Positions 45,754-55,410 of a DNA stretch of 64,000 nucleotides are shown in pieces (the first letter of the stretch is position 1; each line of letters opens with the position of its first letter). The position numbers were made by a program, and so were the translations under genes. Origin of the DNA: a virus; IMG/VR virus record IMGVR_UViG_3300033559_000303, positions 1 through 64,000 of that record. One strand, written 5' to 3'. The notes under the pieces are model-generated. The model searched no databases. It was not told the origin of the DNA and saw nothing but the letters and a program-made list of their open reading frames with translations.

Positions 45754-47459
45754 CAAGGGGGTATTCACATTATGTTTGTACTTGACGAAAAGGTAACGAT
45801 TTGGAATAGAGTGAATATTCCAGATGAGCACAAAGATGAAGTTTTATCACTCTTAAGGGATGGATTATCTCAAGATGATATTATTTGCACATTTGTAGAG
45901 AAGGGTATCGAGCTTGATCAGGAGTTGTTACTTGACACATGCGAGACTATAGATCCAGAAGAAAATGGAAACATGTCTACACTTGAGCTTATGAATAATA
46001 ACATGCCTAGGGAAATTATTTTTTCAAACGAAATAAAAAGTGAGGATGAGAATGTTTAAGTCGCTTATTATTGTTATGATGTTGTCAATCACATCAATTG
46101 CAGGATGGACATCAGGGGATTTTGTTGATGAATTCGGAGATAGGACAGGTGAAAGGTATTATCATACAGCAGTTAAAGGTGTTATGTCAAATACCGCTAC
46201 AAACGGATCCCCGGCAACTCTTGAGATTTATATTAAAAACGATGGATCTGTATATATATCCATTGATGAATATGGAAGAAGCCCTGTTGTAGGGTACTCA
46301 TCAGGCGTTGACTACCATTTTGCTATGAAGGGTAATGTATCTGGAAAAGAAGAGTTTGTATGGCAATGGTATAATACATCAGCAATCTTCTTCGGACCAA
46401 GTTACAGTAATAAATTCAAAGCAATGTTCAAGAGTAATAGTTCAGTAACACTTGTTGTAACAAATATGAGGACGCAGACAAGTAAATACAAATTTGTCAT
46501 TGACTGCACAAATTTTAAAATACCATTCTAAGTCTAAGGTGGATGTTATGTGTAAAACAAGAGTAAGTGTAGACTATGATGAGACAAATAAAGAGTGGAA
46601 CATCTTCACAGAAAGTGGTGCATGGTTTTTTCCCCAGGACACTGATGGGTTTAAAACAAAGAAAGAAGCACTGCGATGTGTTGAAAATAATCCACACCTA
46701 TTCATTTTAATTAAAGGAAAAAAATAATGGCATCTTATTCAATCCACGAAACAGCTGAAATAAATCTGGTTGTCAATATTAGCGACAACCCTCTTGACAT
46801 TGGCACTGTAAATCTTGAGTACCACGATGATGATGGAATGGATGTTCACGTTTTCGATGTATCGTTTAATCTCGATAATGTGGTTGACCTTGATCATGTA
46901 CTAGAGGTAAATAAAATTGACAGAGATGAGTTTCACGACTATATCTGTGATAAGATGGAAGAGAGATTTGGCAGAGGCCTCAGGGGTCATATTGGTGATA
47001 ACACACCACTTACAATAGAGTACAATACACCAAAATGGCTTGCAAAAGAAGTTCTTCAGAATCTTCCGGAATATGCAATGTCTTTCATATGTCACAAATG
47101 GGATTATGAGAACTGCATATTCGAACTCAGCGTCAGAGATTGGGAAGATAAAGAGGAAAGGGATACAATCCACACTCTTACCCTGGAAAAAGCTGAGGAG
47201 GGCATGAAGAAGCTGCTTGATATGATCAAGAATAAGAAATGCTTCTTCTATGGTATAAACATGCCAGGTGACAATGGAGATATTTTTGACCCGGGTAACT
47301 GGGATGCAGAAATTGTCGATGCTCTTTTGCAGATATCAATATTCGGCAAGATAATATACGGATAACCTGTTAAAAGCTGGTTTTAGAAATAAATCTACGC
47401 CGGCTTTTTATTTAAAACAAGGTATTTGATTTGCCATTGGAATATTGTATATTTGTAAT

Positions 47460-47840
47460 ATGAATACTCGAAGAAAAAATAAAAAGCAAAATGCGATAAA
47501 CGCTATCAAACATAACGCACCACATGTAGCTTTTGGTATTGGTGCCGGGGCTGGAGGGCTTGCTGTACTTAAGTCTAAAAACCTTAAGAACCCGGTTCTA
47601 TCTGCGCTTATACCAATAACAGCCGGATCAGCAGCGTTTCTCGGATCAAGAAAACTTATGGGTGAGAAGCTCAACCGGGAAGAAAAAGCCCTCCTTGGAA
47701 CGTTGGCAGCTGGGGCTGGGGCTGTAAGTGTGCATGATAAGGTGTTCCAGAACAAGCCATTCAATCCGTTAAGAAGAAACATCACAGGATCTATTGGCGG
47801 TTTGACAGGAGCTGCGCTTGCCGCAGCATTGCTTAACTAA
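47460..47840 (+). CDS. Gly/Ala-rich membrane-type protein
   Basis: Several GxGAGA hydrophobic segments; ATG lies 6 nt after TATATT. Confidence 0.6.
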   Translation: MNTRRKNKKQNAINAIKHNAPHVAFGIGAGAGGLAVLKSKNLKNPVLSALIPITAGSAAFLGSRKLMGEKLNREEKALLGTLAAGAGAVSVHDKVFQNKPFNPLRRNITGSIGGLTGAALAAALLN

Positions 47841-47847
47841 AAAAACA

Positions 47848-47978
47848 AACAACACATGCTGGCATCTGCAGTCTACAGTAAGCCTACCCTGGGAACAGGG
47901 CGCGTCATCTGTACCGGAATGATTAAGGTGCTGTAGGATTATCCCGGCGTATAACGGTGCGCCAGCCTCTGTGTTGTT
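47848..47978 (+). ncRNA. ~130-nt structured RNA candidate
   Basis: Nested stems AACAACACA/TGTGTTGTT, GCTGGC/GCCAGC, CTACAGTA/TGCTGTAG and CCCTG-GGAA-CAGGG. Confidence 0.5.
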
Positions 47979-48206
47979 CTTATTATTGAAAGGTTATGGT
48001 ATGAAGATTATGATGAAAGATTTAGTGTTTGCTGTGTATGGCTCTATAAATATGGCCTTAGGAGTTGTATTTGTAGTATTTCAATCTGGCAATGCAGTTG
48101 TCTTCTCAACTCACACATTTACACTTATAACACCTATTGCAACATGTATACTTCTTGAAAGGTTTAATAAAAAATTCAACAACTGGATAAATTCATCACT
48201 GTAAAG

Positions 48207-48656
48207 GTGGATAATATGTATGATTTCAAAGCTGAGGTTGTCCGTGTAATAGACGCTGACACTATTATTGTAAACATAGAACTTGGATTCAGCGTGGCTA
48301 TACTCCAGACAGTTAGGTTAGCTGGTATAAATGCTTACGAAACCTCACTCCGGGATGGTACAACAAAAGAGCAGAAGGTGCTTGGAATAGAGGCTAAGGA
48401 TTTTATTACCAAAGCTATAACCGGTAAGAATATCTATATAGTGACATTCAAGGAAAAAGGTAAGTACGGAAGATACATTGGAGAAGTGTACTGCGACAAA
48501 AACCTCATACTCAGTACTTATAATAAAAATCGCGGATCACTCAATAATATTGATCTTTATAATGAAGATTTAACAAAAAATAATGAATCCGGATTATTTA
48601 TTAATGTTGGCGAAGCACTCGTGAAGCTTGGATACGCTGAATACCACGATTATTAA
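48207..48656 (+). CDS. Thermonuclease (SNase-like) family nuclease
   Basis: RVIDADT, VRLAGINAYE, KGKYGRYIG, LVKLGYA. Confidence 0.85.
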   Translation: MDNMYDFKAEVVRVIDADTIIVNIELGFSVAILQTVRLAGINAYETSLRDGTTKEQKVLGIEAKDFITKAITGKNIYIVTFKEKGKYGRYIGEVYCDKNLILSTYNKNRGSLNNIDLYNEDLTKNNESGLFINVGEALVKLGYAEYHDY

Positions 48657-48979
48657 GTGTTATTTTACTCAATCTTCTGGAATAATTATAATGTAGATGT
48701 ATTACCTATACACAACTGTAATTATTATACACATAATATTTTTTAGCCACAATGTTTTAGAATATGAAAGGTAGTGATTTATGCCGGATCAGGATAATAA
48801 CGGTAATGAGGAAATGCTTAATACCATCAGAGTATTGAAAATAGCACTGGCAGATGCAATACGGAGACCAATGGGTGTTATACCCGAATCAGCTGAGGGA
48901 CTTGTTACACATTATGAATTAGAGCAGGCTGAAGTAAGAAGAATTAGCAAGAATGTACCTATAAGATAAGGAGTAGACT

Positions 48980-49396
48980 ATGGAAAGAGCATTAATGATT
49001 ATAAAGCCAGATGGTAGTGATTATGGGCAACAGTTCACATTTGATCTTGCATCCAGGCTTCTAAATATTGGTATTATTAATAACAGATTACTCACTATGC
49101 GTTTGACAACAGAACAAGCTGAAGAGTTCTATAAAGAACATGAAGGTAAATGGTTTCACCAGCGTTTGATTGAGCATATGACAAGTGGATTAATACATGT
49201 GTCAATTCTTGAAGGTGAAGGTGTTATTCAGAAGTGGCGAGATCTTATGGGGCCAACAGATCCAAAGGTGGCGCCGAAGGGTACAATTCGTGGCGATTAC
49301 GGAACAGAACTACCAAAGAATGTTGTCCATGGATCCGACAGCGTTGAGAGTGCGGAACGTGAAATAAGATTCTTTTTCGGATCGGGGATTATTTAA
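48980..49396 (+). CDS. ndk: Nucleoside diphosphate kinase
   Basis: IIKPDG, FYKEHEGK, R.LMGPTDP..APKGTIRGDYG, NVVHGSDS..SAEREI. Confidence 0.95.
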   Translation: MERALMIIKPDGSDYGQQFTFDLASRLLNIGIINNRLLTMRLTTEQAEEFYKEHEGKWFHQRLIEHMTSGLIHVSILEGEGVIQKWRDLMGPTDPKVAPKGTIRGDYGTELPKNVVHGSDSVESAEREIRFFFGSGII

Positions 49397-49957
49397 TAAT
49401 AGGGGATCAAAATGTCTATTAAACACAAACCTGTGAATAGTGAATCTGTATTGAGGAATATAATTCATAGGTTCAATTATGTCGGTGATGATGCTAATAC
49501 ATCTGATCTTATCGGGGAACTCCCGGTAAAGACAATTGACTATATTGAATTAGAATGTGGAAATTGCAAACATATATTCAGGATCAAAAAAATTAACTCA
49601 AAGTGTCCAAAGTGTAAATGTAAGCACTCAGAAATAGCGGGTAAAGTTCGCTATATTAAACTTATAAACAATCCAATTGACTCAACATTATCGATGGAGT
49701 ATTATAATGAAGGCGTCTGAAATGATAGAGCATATCAAGAAATACTATCTTGAAGATGATCAGGAGATAGCAGTATTACTTTGGACACACGGTGACATAA
49801 GAAGACAGGCTGAATGCGATGGGATACAGCATGATTTTTCAAATGAGGAGTGTGACCATATACTAAAAGCTATGGAGCGCTGCGCTGATTCAAACCTTGG
49901 TATGAGCTGGGACACAGTATCAGCTCATATTGCCACATATTGCGCCGAGAATAATAT

Positions 49958-49986
49958 TGTTATTTCAAAGTAGTATTTGGAATAAT
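49958..49986 (+). promoter_or_regulatory. Promoter motif upstream of ncRNA array II
   Basis: TGTTA-N15-TGGAATAAT, about 40 nt before unit 1. Confidence 0.75.
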
Positions 49987-50023
49987 TATATTGAAGGCAC
50001 ATTCATCCAATAAATAAAATTGA

Positions 50024-51341
50024 AATGCCATAACATACATTTGATTGAAGGCTCTTCAATCAGTACCATTAGTGATAATATGAATCAGGTATGACCTCCC
50101 AACCTCCTGACACAACTTAACACAACCCATCGGGCTAAACCCTCAAGGCTTGTGTCAAATTTGTGTCAGACGGTGGGGGTCCGACCTGATCACATCTACA
50201 GACAAGTAATATGGTATTATTAAGAAACACTATAACACGAATATAACAGGTGTATCACCTGTTAGTAAATCTAAGTAAACAGTAATCTTCCCTAGGAGAT
50301 CTCCTGCTGCTGGTATTCATCCAGCAGCAGCGATCTCCATAGCAATATTCTTATACAATATTAATATAGTGTGAAATAAAATTGAAATAGATCATAACAT
50401 CATGTAACTATACTGATTCAGTATAGTAATTAGGAAATGTAAAGTATGCCATATCTTAGTCCTGACGGCTCAGAAGACTAGGATTCATCGTCTAGTCGTT
50501 CTCCCAGTCTTCTGAAGCCTCTGGACTAAAATATGCATATCAATACAAATTAATATGATCAAGTTATTTAAAATTGCCATAACATTTTTTTTCAGCGATT
50601 TGATTCATATCGCTTATTAGAGAGAGTAAAGCGCTCTTCTGCATAACCCCTGAAGTTGTCCCAGGCACGACGCAGACTTTCGATTTACAAAAAGCGCACA
50701 GGTGTTATTCTAACACCTTATTGTGCTGTAATCGCAAGACAGCGTCGATGCCACTGGGACCACTTCAGGGCTATCGCAGAAGATCTTCCGATTCAAAATT
50801 ATATGGTAAAAACAATGCATTAAAGACTATAACACATTAATATAAGAAAGTTTCTTTCTTATGTAAAACTACACTCCGTGAGTTTCACGCAGCCTCCGCC
50901 TCCTGGCGTACCCGAGATACCTACGTCTTCGACTTCGTCTCGACTACGTTCTCGCGTACCGCCAGGAGCTACCTCTGCGCTCACCTCTTATACAAATTAA
51001 TATAGTCAAACAATAATATTTAAGTCATAACAATGTATACAGTGTAGATTCTATACTGTTGAAACCGTAAAGACGGCACATATGCCCGCTCCTGGCCATA
51101 TGATCCAGAAATCCGTCTCCGCCACCCCGGCTGCTCACCCGTGAGGTGCTCAGCCCGGGCGCTACGCCTTCTTTCTGGATCCTTCGCCATCGCTCCATAT
51201 ATTCCAATCAAAATTAATATGACAAAAAATGTAATAACAAACACTATGGTGATTCACCATGGTTACTTAAAACACTAAGGAAACACACCGTTTGTTCTCA
51301 GGAGAAAAACTGCGTGTCTACTAATCCAGGTAAATACATTT
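50024..51341 (+). ncRNA. Structured ncRNA array II: seven retron msr-msd-like units
   Basis: Units at 50024-50218, 50227-50372, 50390-50560, 50574-50809, 50825-51007, 51024-51223 and 51227-51341. Each has its own terminal IR pair, a 9-bp G-NNT-C hairpin and a long variable hairpin. Confidence 0.85.
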
Positions 51342-51344
51342 ACT

Positions 51345-51379
51345 AAAGAGCCCAACTTAAATGTTGTGCTCTTTTTTTT
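51345..51379 (+). terminator. Terminator closing ncRNA array II
   Basis: AAAGAGCCCAAC-ttaaat-GTTGTGCTCTTT followed by a T-run. Confidence 0.75.
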
Positions 51380-51419
51380 AGTTATGGCAACATAAATAAC
51401 TTTAATATATTTTACTTAT

Positions 51420-52385
51420 ATGGAAAAAGATACTACATATTACCACACAACAAGCAAGGATAGTATTGATAAAATATTATCCTCAGGCTTTATTAAGTCT
51501 CCAAAGCACATACTACGGGAGGCACCAGAATTAACAATAAATATAGAGCCATCAAAACTGTCTAAATCCAGATCATCATACTCGCCATCCGATGCAATAA
51601 TTGAGCTGATCAGGAATAAGAAGGAATACGATCGAGTCTTCCTTACAAAGGGTGGATACGACCCATCCTATGGTGACTATGTAATACAAAAGAAGATCAC
51701 ATCTCCCAAGAGATACTTCAGACCAACATTCATTCCGAATGAACACACTATAAAGAGAAAACTCTCTGTAAAGAGTAATGCTGCAATTATAATTCCGGAT
51801 AATGACCTGGAAGAAATGAAGAGTAAACATCCAGGTATAAACTTCATTCCGGCATCCACAGCTAATGTGAAGAAGTTTAATATTATAGACAAGATTGTAT
51901 CTGTTCCAAAAGATCTTCTGAAAGCTGCATCAGATATAGCTGCGGTACCAAAGCCGCATCATATAAGCCCAAAAGCTTTTTATGCCGGATCGCATGCATT
52001 GGGTATAAACACTAAAGATTCAGATATTGATATCTTTGTCCCATATAAAACAAAACCAGCTTTTGATAAAGCTATCAATCGTGTCCTTGAGAAATATCCA
52101 TCACTTACAATTGGAAGCGCCAGTGCTGATAAGCCGGATAAACGTGTGTTAACCGGTATATTTAACGGTAAGGATGTTGATATTGCTATTGCACATGGTA
52201 AGAATGCAATAAAATTTCAAGAAGTATTTATGAATGCTAAAAAATCTTTATCAGATCAGCAGAAGATTGATATTATAAAAAAGAAGCAGGCGCTCAAAGA
52301 ATCATGGTTCTTTCCTGAACTAAGATATAAAGCTTACAAGAATAGAGTTGCTGAGAGACTAGGCTTGAAAGAAGCTTACTTCTAA
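51420..52385 (+). CDS. Two-domain protein: possible ADP-ribosyltransferase-fold N-domain plus Pol-beta-type nucleotidyltransferase
   Basis: N-terminal YYHTT....DKILSSG...VFLT; C-terminal YAGSHALGINTKDSDIDIFV and VDI; linker contains LLKAA. Confidence 0.65.
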   Translation: MEKDTTYYHTTSKDSIDKILSSGFIKSPKHILREAPELTINIEPSKLSKSRSSYSPSDAIIELIRNKKEYDRVFLTKGGYDPSYGDYVIQKKITSPKRYFRPTFIPNEHTIKRKLSVKSNAAIIIPDNDLEEMKSKHPGINFIPASTANVKKFNIIDKIVSVPKDLLKAASDIAAVPKPHHISPKAFYAGSHALGINTKDSDIDIFVPYKTKPAFDKAINRVLEKYPSLTIGSASADKPDKRVLTGIFNGKDVDIAIAHGKNAIKFQEVFMNAKKSLSDQQKIDIIKKKQALKESWFFPELRYKAYKNRVAERLGLKEAYF

Positions 52386-52729
52386 TAGGCTACATTTTAC
52401 CACTTGCACATTTCCTCAGGTTATTAATTCGATATTTATGGTATAATAGTATTGATGGTGTATACCAATACTTTTTAAGGAGGATATCATGAAGTACACT
52501 TTTAAACAGGCCAGGGATGTTATATCCTTAAAACATGATGTCTATTACAAGAACCTTGAAGGGTTCTTTGTAGATGAAAAAGCCTCTAATGAATGCGTCT
52601 GGGAGACGCTGAATCCGTTTGCCATAAAATTTATGGAGGAAGGACTTGAAAAATTATCCAAACAGTAAAATAAAGCCTGCTAAAACATTTGTCTTAGCAG
52701 GCCTTATTATCCCGGTATATTTTTTTTAG

Positions 52730-53032
52730 TTATTTCTTACTTACAATGGATGGTCTAAGATCTGGGGGCCGCTTGATTGGCGAGGGCTTACGAGCAGATA
52801 AACTTCTGGCTATATCCAATCTATCAAACTCACGGGTTAAATTTTTAGCCCTTGCTGATGCGTCAGAAAACACACTACCAGCTTCAACCCTCTTTCGAAA
52901 TAATTTTAATGGATCAGATAAAAGCCCGGTTACAGGTGAATTCATTTTATTTAAAAAACGAACCTTCCCCATTAATGCTACTTTCTCCAACTCATTATTA
53001 TAAGCCTCTTCATAAATTTTATCGTAATTCAT
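52730..53032 (-). CDS. E-L-x-K-x-A leader family protein (basic cargo)
   Basis: MNYDKIYEEAYNNELEKVA. Confidence 0.75.
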   Translation of the reverse strand: MNYDKIYEEAYNNELEKVALMGKVRFLNKMNSPVTGLLSDPLKLFRKRVEAGSVFSDASARAKNLTREFDRLDIARSLSARKPSPIKRPPDLRPSIVSKK

Positions 53033-53082
53033 TTTCCACTCCTTGTAAAGAATATATCATAAAATACATCTTTTTTTAGCTA

Positions 53083-53604
53083 TTACAAATCAAAACTTTC
53101 AAATTCAATAATTTCATCCCGCATTCCATTAGTATCAACACACTCATCATCCGGTATTCCAGACTGGTCAACTGACAGGTATTCTTCACTCTCGCCTTTA
53201 CCGGTAATTCTGAAAACAACCTTGAATCCACCAAGGTTCTTCCTATGTTCTCCGATCAGTATTATACGCGGGCACACCTGCCACTTATCATCCTCCAGGA
53301 ATCCATAATCGACAAGGGTATCCATTATCGACTCAGCCTTATTTGTAAGATCAGCCTGGTGCTGGTCAGGAAAGTAAATGGTAAGCTCCAACTCCTTAAC
53401 AGCCTTTAATCCATGCTTTGGTATACCCATATCCTCAAACTGCCTCAAAGTGGCAGCATTCCACTCATAATAAGCCCGGGATGATCGGGGAACACCAACA
53501 CGCTTACCGTTAATACGTTTGAACTTAACACTCTTCTGGTTCTTTTTACTGGGAACTCTACCATTGAGGGATAGTGTTATTGTGTACATGCTTTGCCCTT
53601 TCAT
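53083..53604 (-). CDS. rusA: RusA-like Holliday junction resolvase
   Basis: VPSKKN, ADLTNKAESIMDTLV..GFLEDD. Confidence 0.75.
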   Translation of the reverse strand: MKGQSMYTITLSLNGRVPSKKNQKSVKFKRINGKRVGVPRSSRAYYEWNAATLRQFEDMGIPKHGLKAVKELELTIYFPDQHQADLTNKAESIMDTLVDYGFLEDDKWQVCPRIILIGEHRKNLGGFKVVFRITGKGESEEYLSVDQSGIPDDECVDTNGMRDEIIEFESFDL

Positions 53605-53685
53605 GTTTCCTACAATATAATAAAAGGCAGTGATTTCTCACCGCCTTTTATTCAAATACTAATTTATTGAAAATTAGTATTTCAT

Positions 53686-54000
53686 TTAACTCTTCAATGC
53701 TGAGACAGCTCCACCAGCTCCAGCTCCGAGTATTCCACCGCCAATAGCGCCAGCTGTACCACCTATTGCTCCAGCCTGCAATACACTTGCAAGTAACCTT
53801 GCCATACTTATTTTACCACTGGCATTTGCACCACTAATAAGGCCAGCCCGGCCGCTACTAATAATATTTGCAATAGCGCCAGTTGCACCACCTAATGACG
53901 CTCCACCAGCCAGACCTTTACCAATGTAGTTATTTTTTTCTTCAGCAATCTTCTCAACTTCATCGTTGAAAGCCTCTTCATAAATTTTATCGTAATCCAT
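53686..54000 (-). CDS. E-L-x-K-x-A leader family protein (glycine-zipper cargo)
   Basis: MDYDKIYEEAFNDEVEKIA followed by GxxxG repeats. Confidence 0.75.
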   Translation of the reverse strand: MDYDKIYEEAFNDEVEKIAEEKNNYIGKGLAGGASLGGATGAIANIISSGRAGLISGANASGKISMARLLASVLQAGAIGGTAGAIGGGILGAGAGGAVSALKS

Positions 54001-54061
54001 TTTCTACCCCTTGTAAAACATTATAATATAAAATACTTTTTTAGTTATCACACAATCATTT

Positions 54062-54439
54062 TCACTGAAAAAATCCAGCGCGCTCAAGCCTCATGATAGC
54101 CGCGCCTCTCTTACCTATATTACTCCCGTGAGTGTTTCTAACTCTATCCAATGGATCAATTACCCTACTCGGTAGGTGACTCAATGCATCTTTAGATGGC
54201 CATACAGCACTTTTACTAACACCAGGTAGTTCTTTTATAGCATTATTATATCTGTAAGTTTTTACCTCGGAAACCCTTTTACCCCTAACTAACATTTTCC
54301 TAAAATCATCAATCTTACCTGATCTAACATTGTCAACACCCTTTTCAATAAATGCTTGGGACAACGTGCGTGGTGTCATAAGAGCCACCTTCTCCAACTC
54401 ATCGTTGAAAGCTTCTTCGTAAATTTTATTGTAATCCAT
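54062..54439 (-). CDS. E-L-x-K-x-A leader family protein (basic cargo)
   Basis: MDYNKIYEEAFNDELEKVA. Confidence 0.75.
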   Translation of the reverse strand: MDYNKIYEEAFNDELEKVALMTPRTLSQAFIEKGVDNVRSGKIDDFRKMLVRGKRVSEVKTYRYNNAIKELPGVSKSAVWPSKDALSHLPSRVIDPLDRVRNTHGSNIGKRGAAIMRLERAGFFQ

Positions 54440-54504
54440 TTTCTACCCCTTTATTACTGCATAATATTAAATAAAATACATCTAAACCTATAAAAACTCA
54501 AATA

Positions 54505-54957
54505 TTATTTAACCCCAAAAGCCCGCATAATATGCTTAAGCGGGTGCTCCTGGTCAGCCTGTTCAACTTGCTCAACTTCAAGCGCATCGGTTGAATCTAT
54601 AACAACCACAATAGACGAATCACTCACAATTGGTATAGAGTCATCAGCATATGCCGCTGGAGATGCTATACTCAACAGCAATGCAGCGGTAGTTGTAGCC
54701 ACCCCTGACTGTATCAACCCACCAAGAAGACTTGGAGCAGCAATGCCAGCGGATATCGCATTCCGGAAATCCCCCGGGGCCACAACAAGTGTTCCAATGA
54801 CACCAACAACACCAGAGGCAAGGCATCCAATAAAAAAGAATACACTAACCAGGCTGTAATCACCAGATTTAATAGTGGTTGCTAGTTCAAGTAGTGATAT
54901 TGTCATACCGCCTATAAATCCACCAAGTAATGCCTCTTTTGTGATACTTATTTTCAT
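54505..54957 (-). CDS. Multi-pass membrane protein (possibly lysis related)
   Basis: Three to four hydrophobic helices; located downstream of the endolysin in the same orientation. Confidence 0.5.
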   Translation of the reverse strand: MKISITKEALLGGFIGGMTISLLELATTIKSGDYSLVSVFFFIGCLASGVVGVIGTLVVAPGDFRNAISAGIAAPSLLGGLIQSGVATTTAALLLSIASPAAYADDSIPIVSDSSIVVVIDSTDALEVEQVEQADQEHPLKHIMRAFGVK

Positions 54958-54973
54958 ATCATACCCCTATTTA

Positions 54974-55405
54974 TTAATATGACGGTGTAGCCGCATAGCT
55001 TGATCTTTGTACAGGTGTTGCGGCATAATGCGACCCCTGACCAACACCCTTGGATGGAACTGCGGCAACTGGACGTGGTGCATTTGGCACTGATTGATAT
55101 CCGCCCTTACGAGGTATATACTGATTAAGCCTCTCCCTGGGTATATCACCGCGCCATGTTGGATTGGCGGCTTTGAATTGCTTATAAGCATTTCCAAGAT
55201 CACCTTGCAAAGCTGGCATCGGCTTAGCGTACTCTGATCGTATCGCATTAATTTGATTCTGTGTCATTGGTTTAATAGGAGTTGCTGCAAACGGTTTTGC
55301 AACCCCTTGACTCATTTTCCTACCAAGGCTTAAAAGGTGTTTAGCAAAAGCCTCTTTTTCAAGCTCATAGCCATAGAGTAAAGTTTCATATGTAACCTTA
55401 TGCAT
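54974..55405 (-). CDS. E-L-x-K-x-A leader family protein
   Basis: YETLLYGYELEKEA leader; basic Pro/Ala-rich cargo with a duplicated YAATP. Confidence 0.65.
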   Translation of the reverse strand: MHKVTYETLLYGYELEKEAFAKHLLSLGRKMSQGVAKPFAATPIKPMTQNQINAIRSEYAKPMPALQGDLGNAYKQFKAANPTWRGDIPRERLNQYIPRKGGYQSVPNAPRPVAAVPSKGVGQGSHYAATPVQRSSYAATPSY

Positions 55406-55410
55406 ATTAT

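Noticed and set aside
51020-51244. Minus-strand ORFs of 74 and 60 aa
   Set aside because: They are antisense to RNA unit 6, have no RBS and are best explained as chance frames in GC-richer hairpin sequence.
50024-51341. CRISPR array
   Set aside because: There is no constant 23-50 nt direct repeat; conservation is structural, units are 115-236 nt, and no cas genes are present in the window.
50024-51341. attC cassette array (units begin ...ATAAC, like an attC left core)
   Set aside because: The 3' ends read AATAT.. rather than GTT, the inverted repeats pair within the same unit, and no ORFs lie between units.
50024-51341. ATAACA as reverse-strand copies of the TGTTA promoter box
   Set aside because: No TGGWATAAT lies 15 nt downstream on the minus strand in the units checked.
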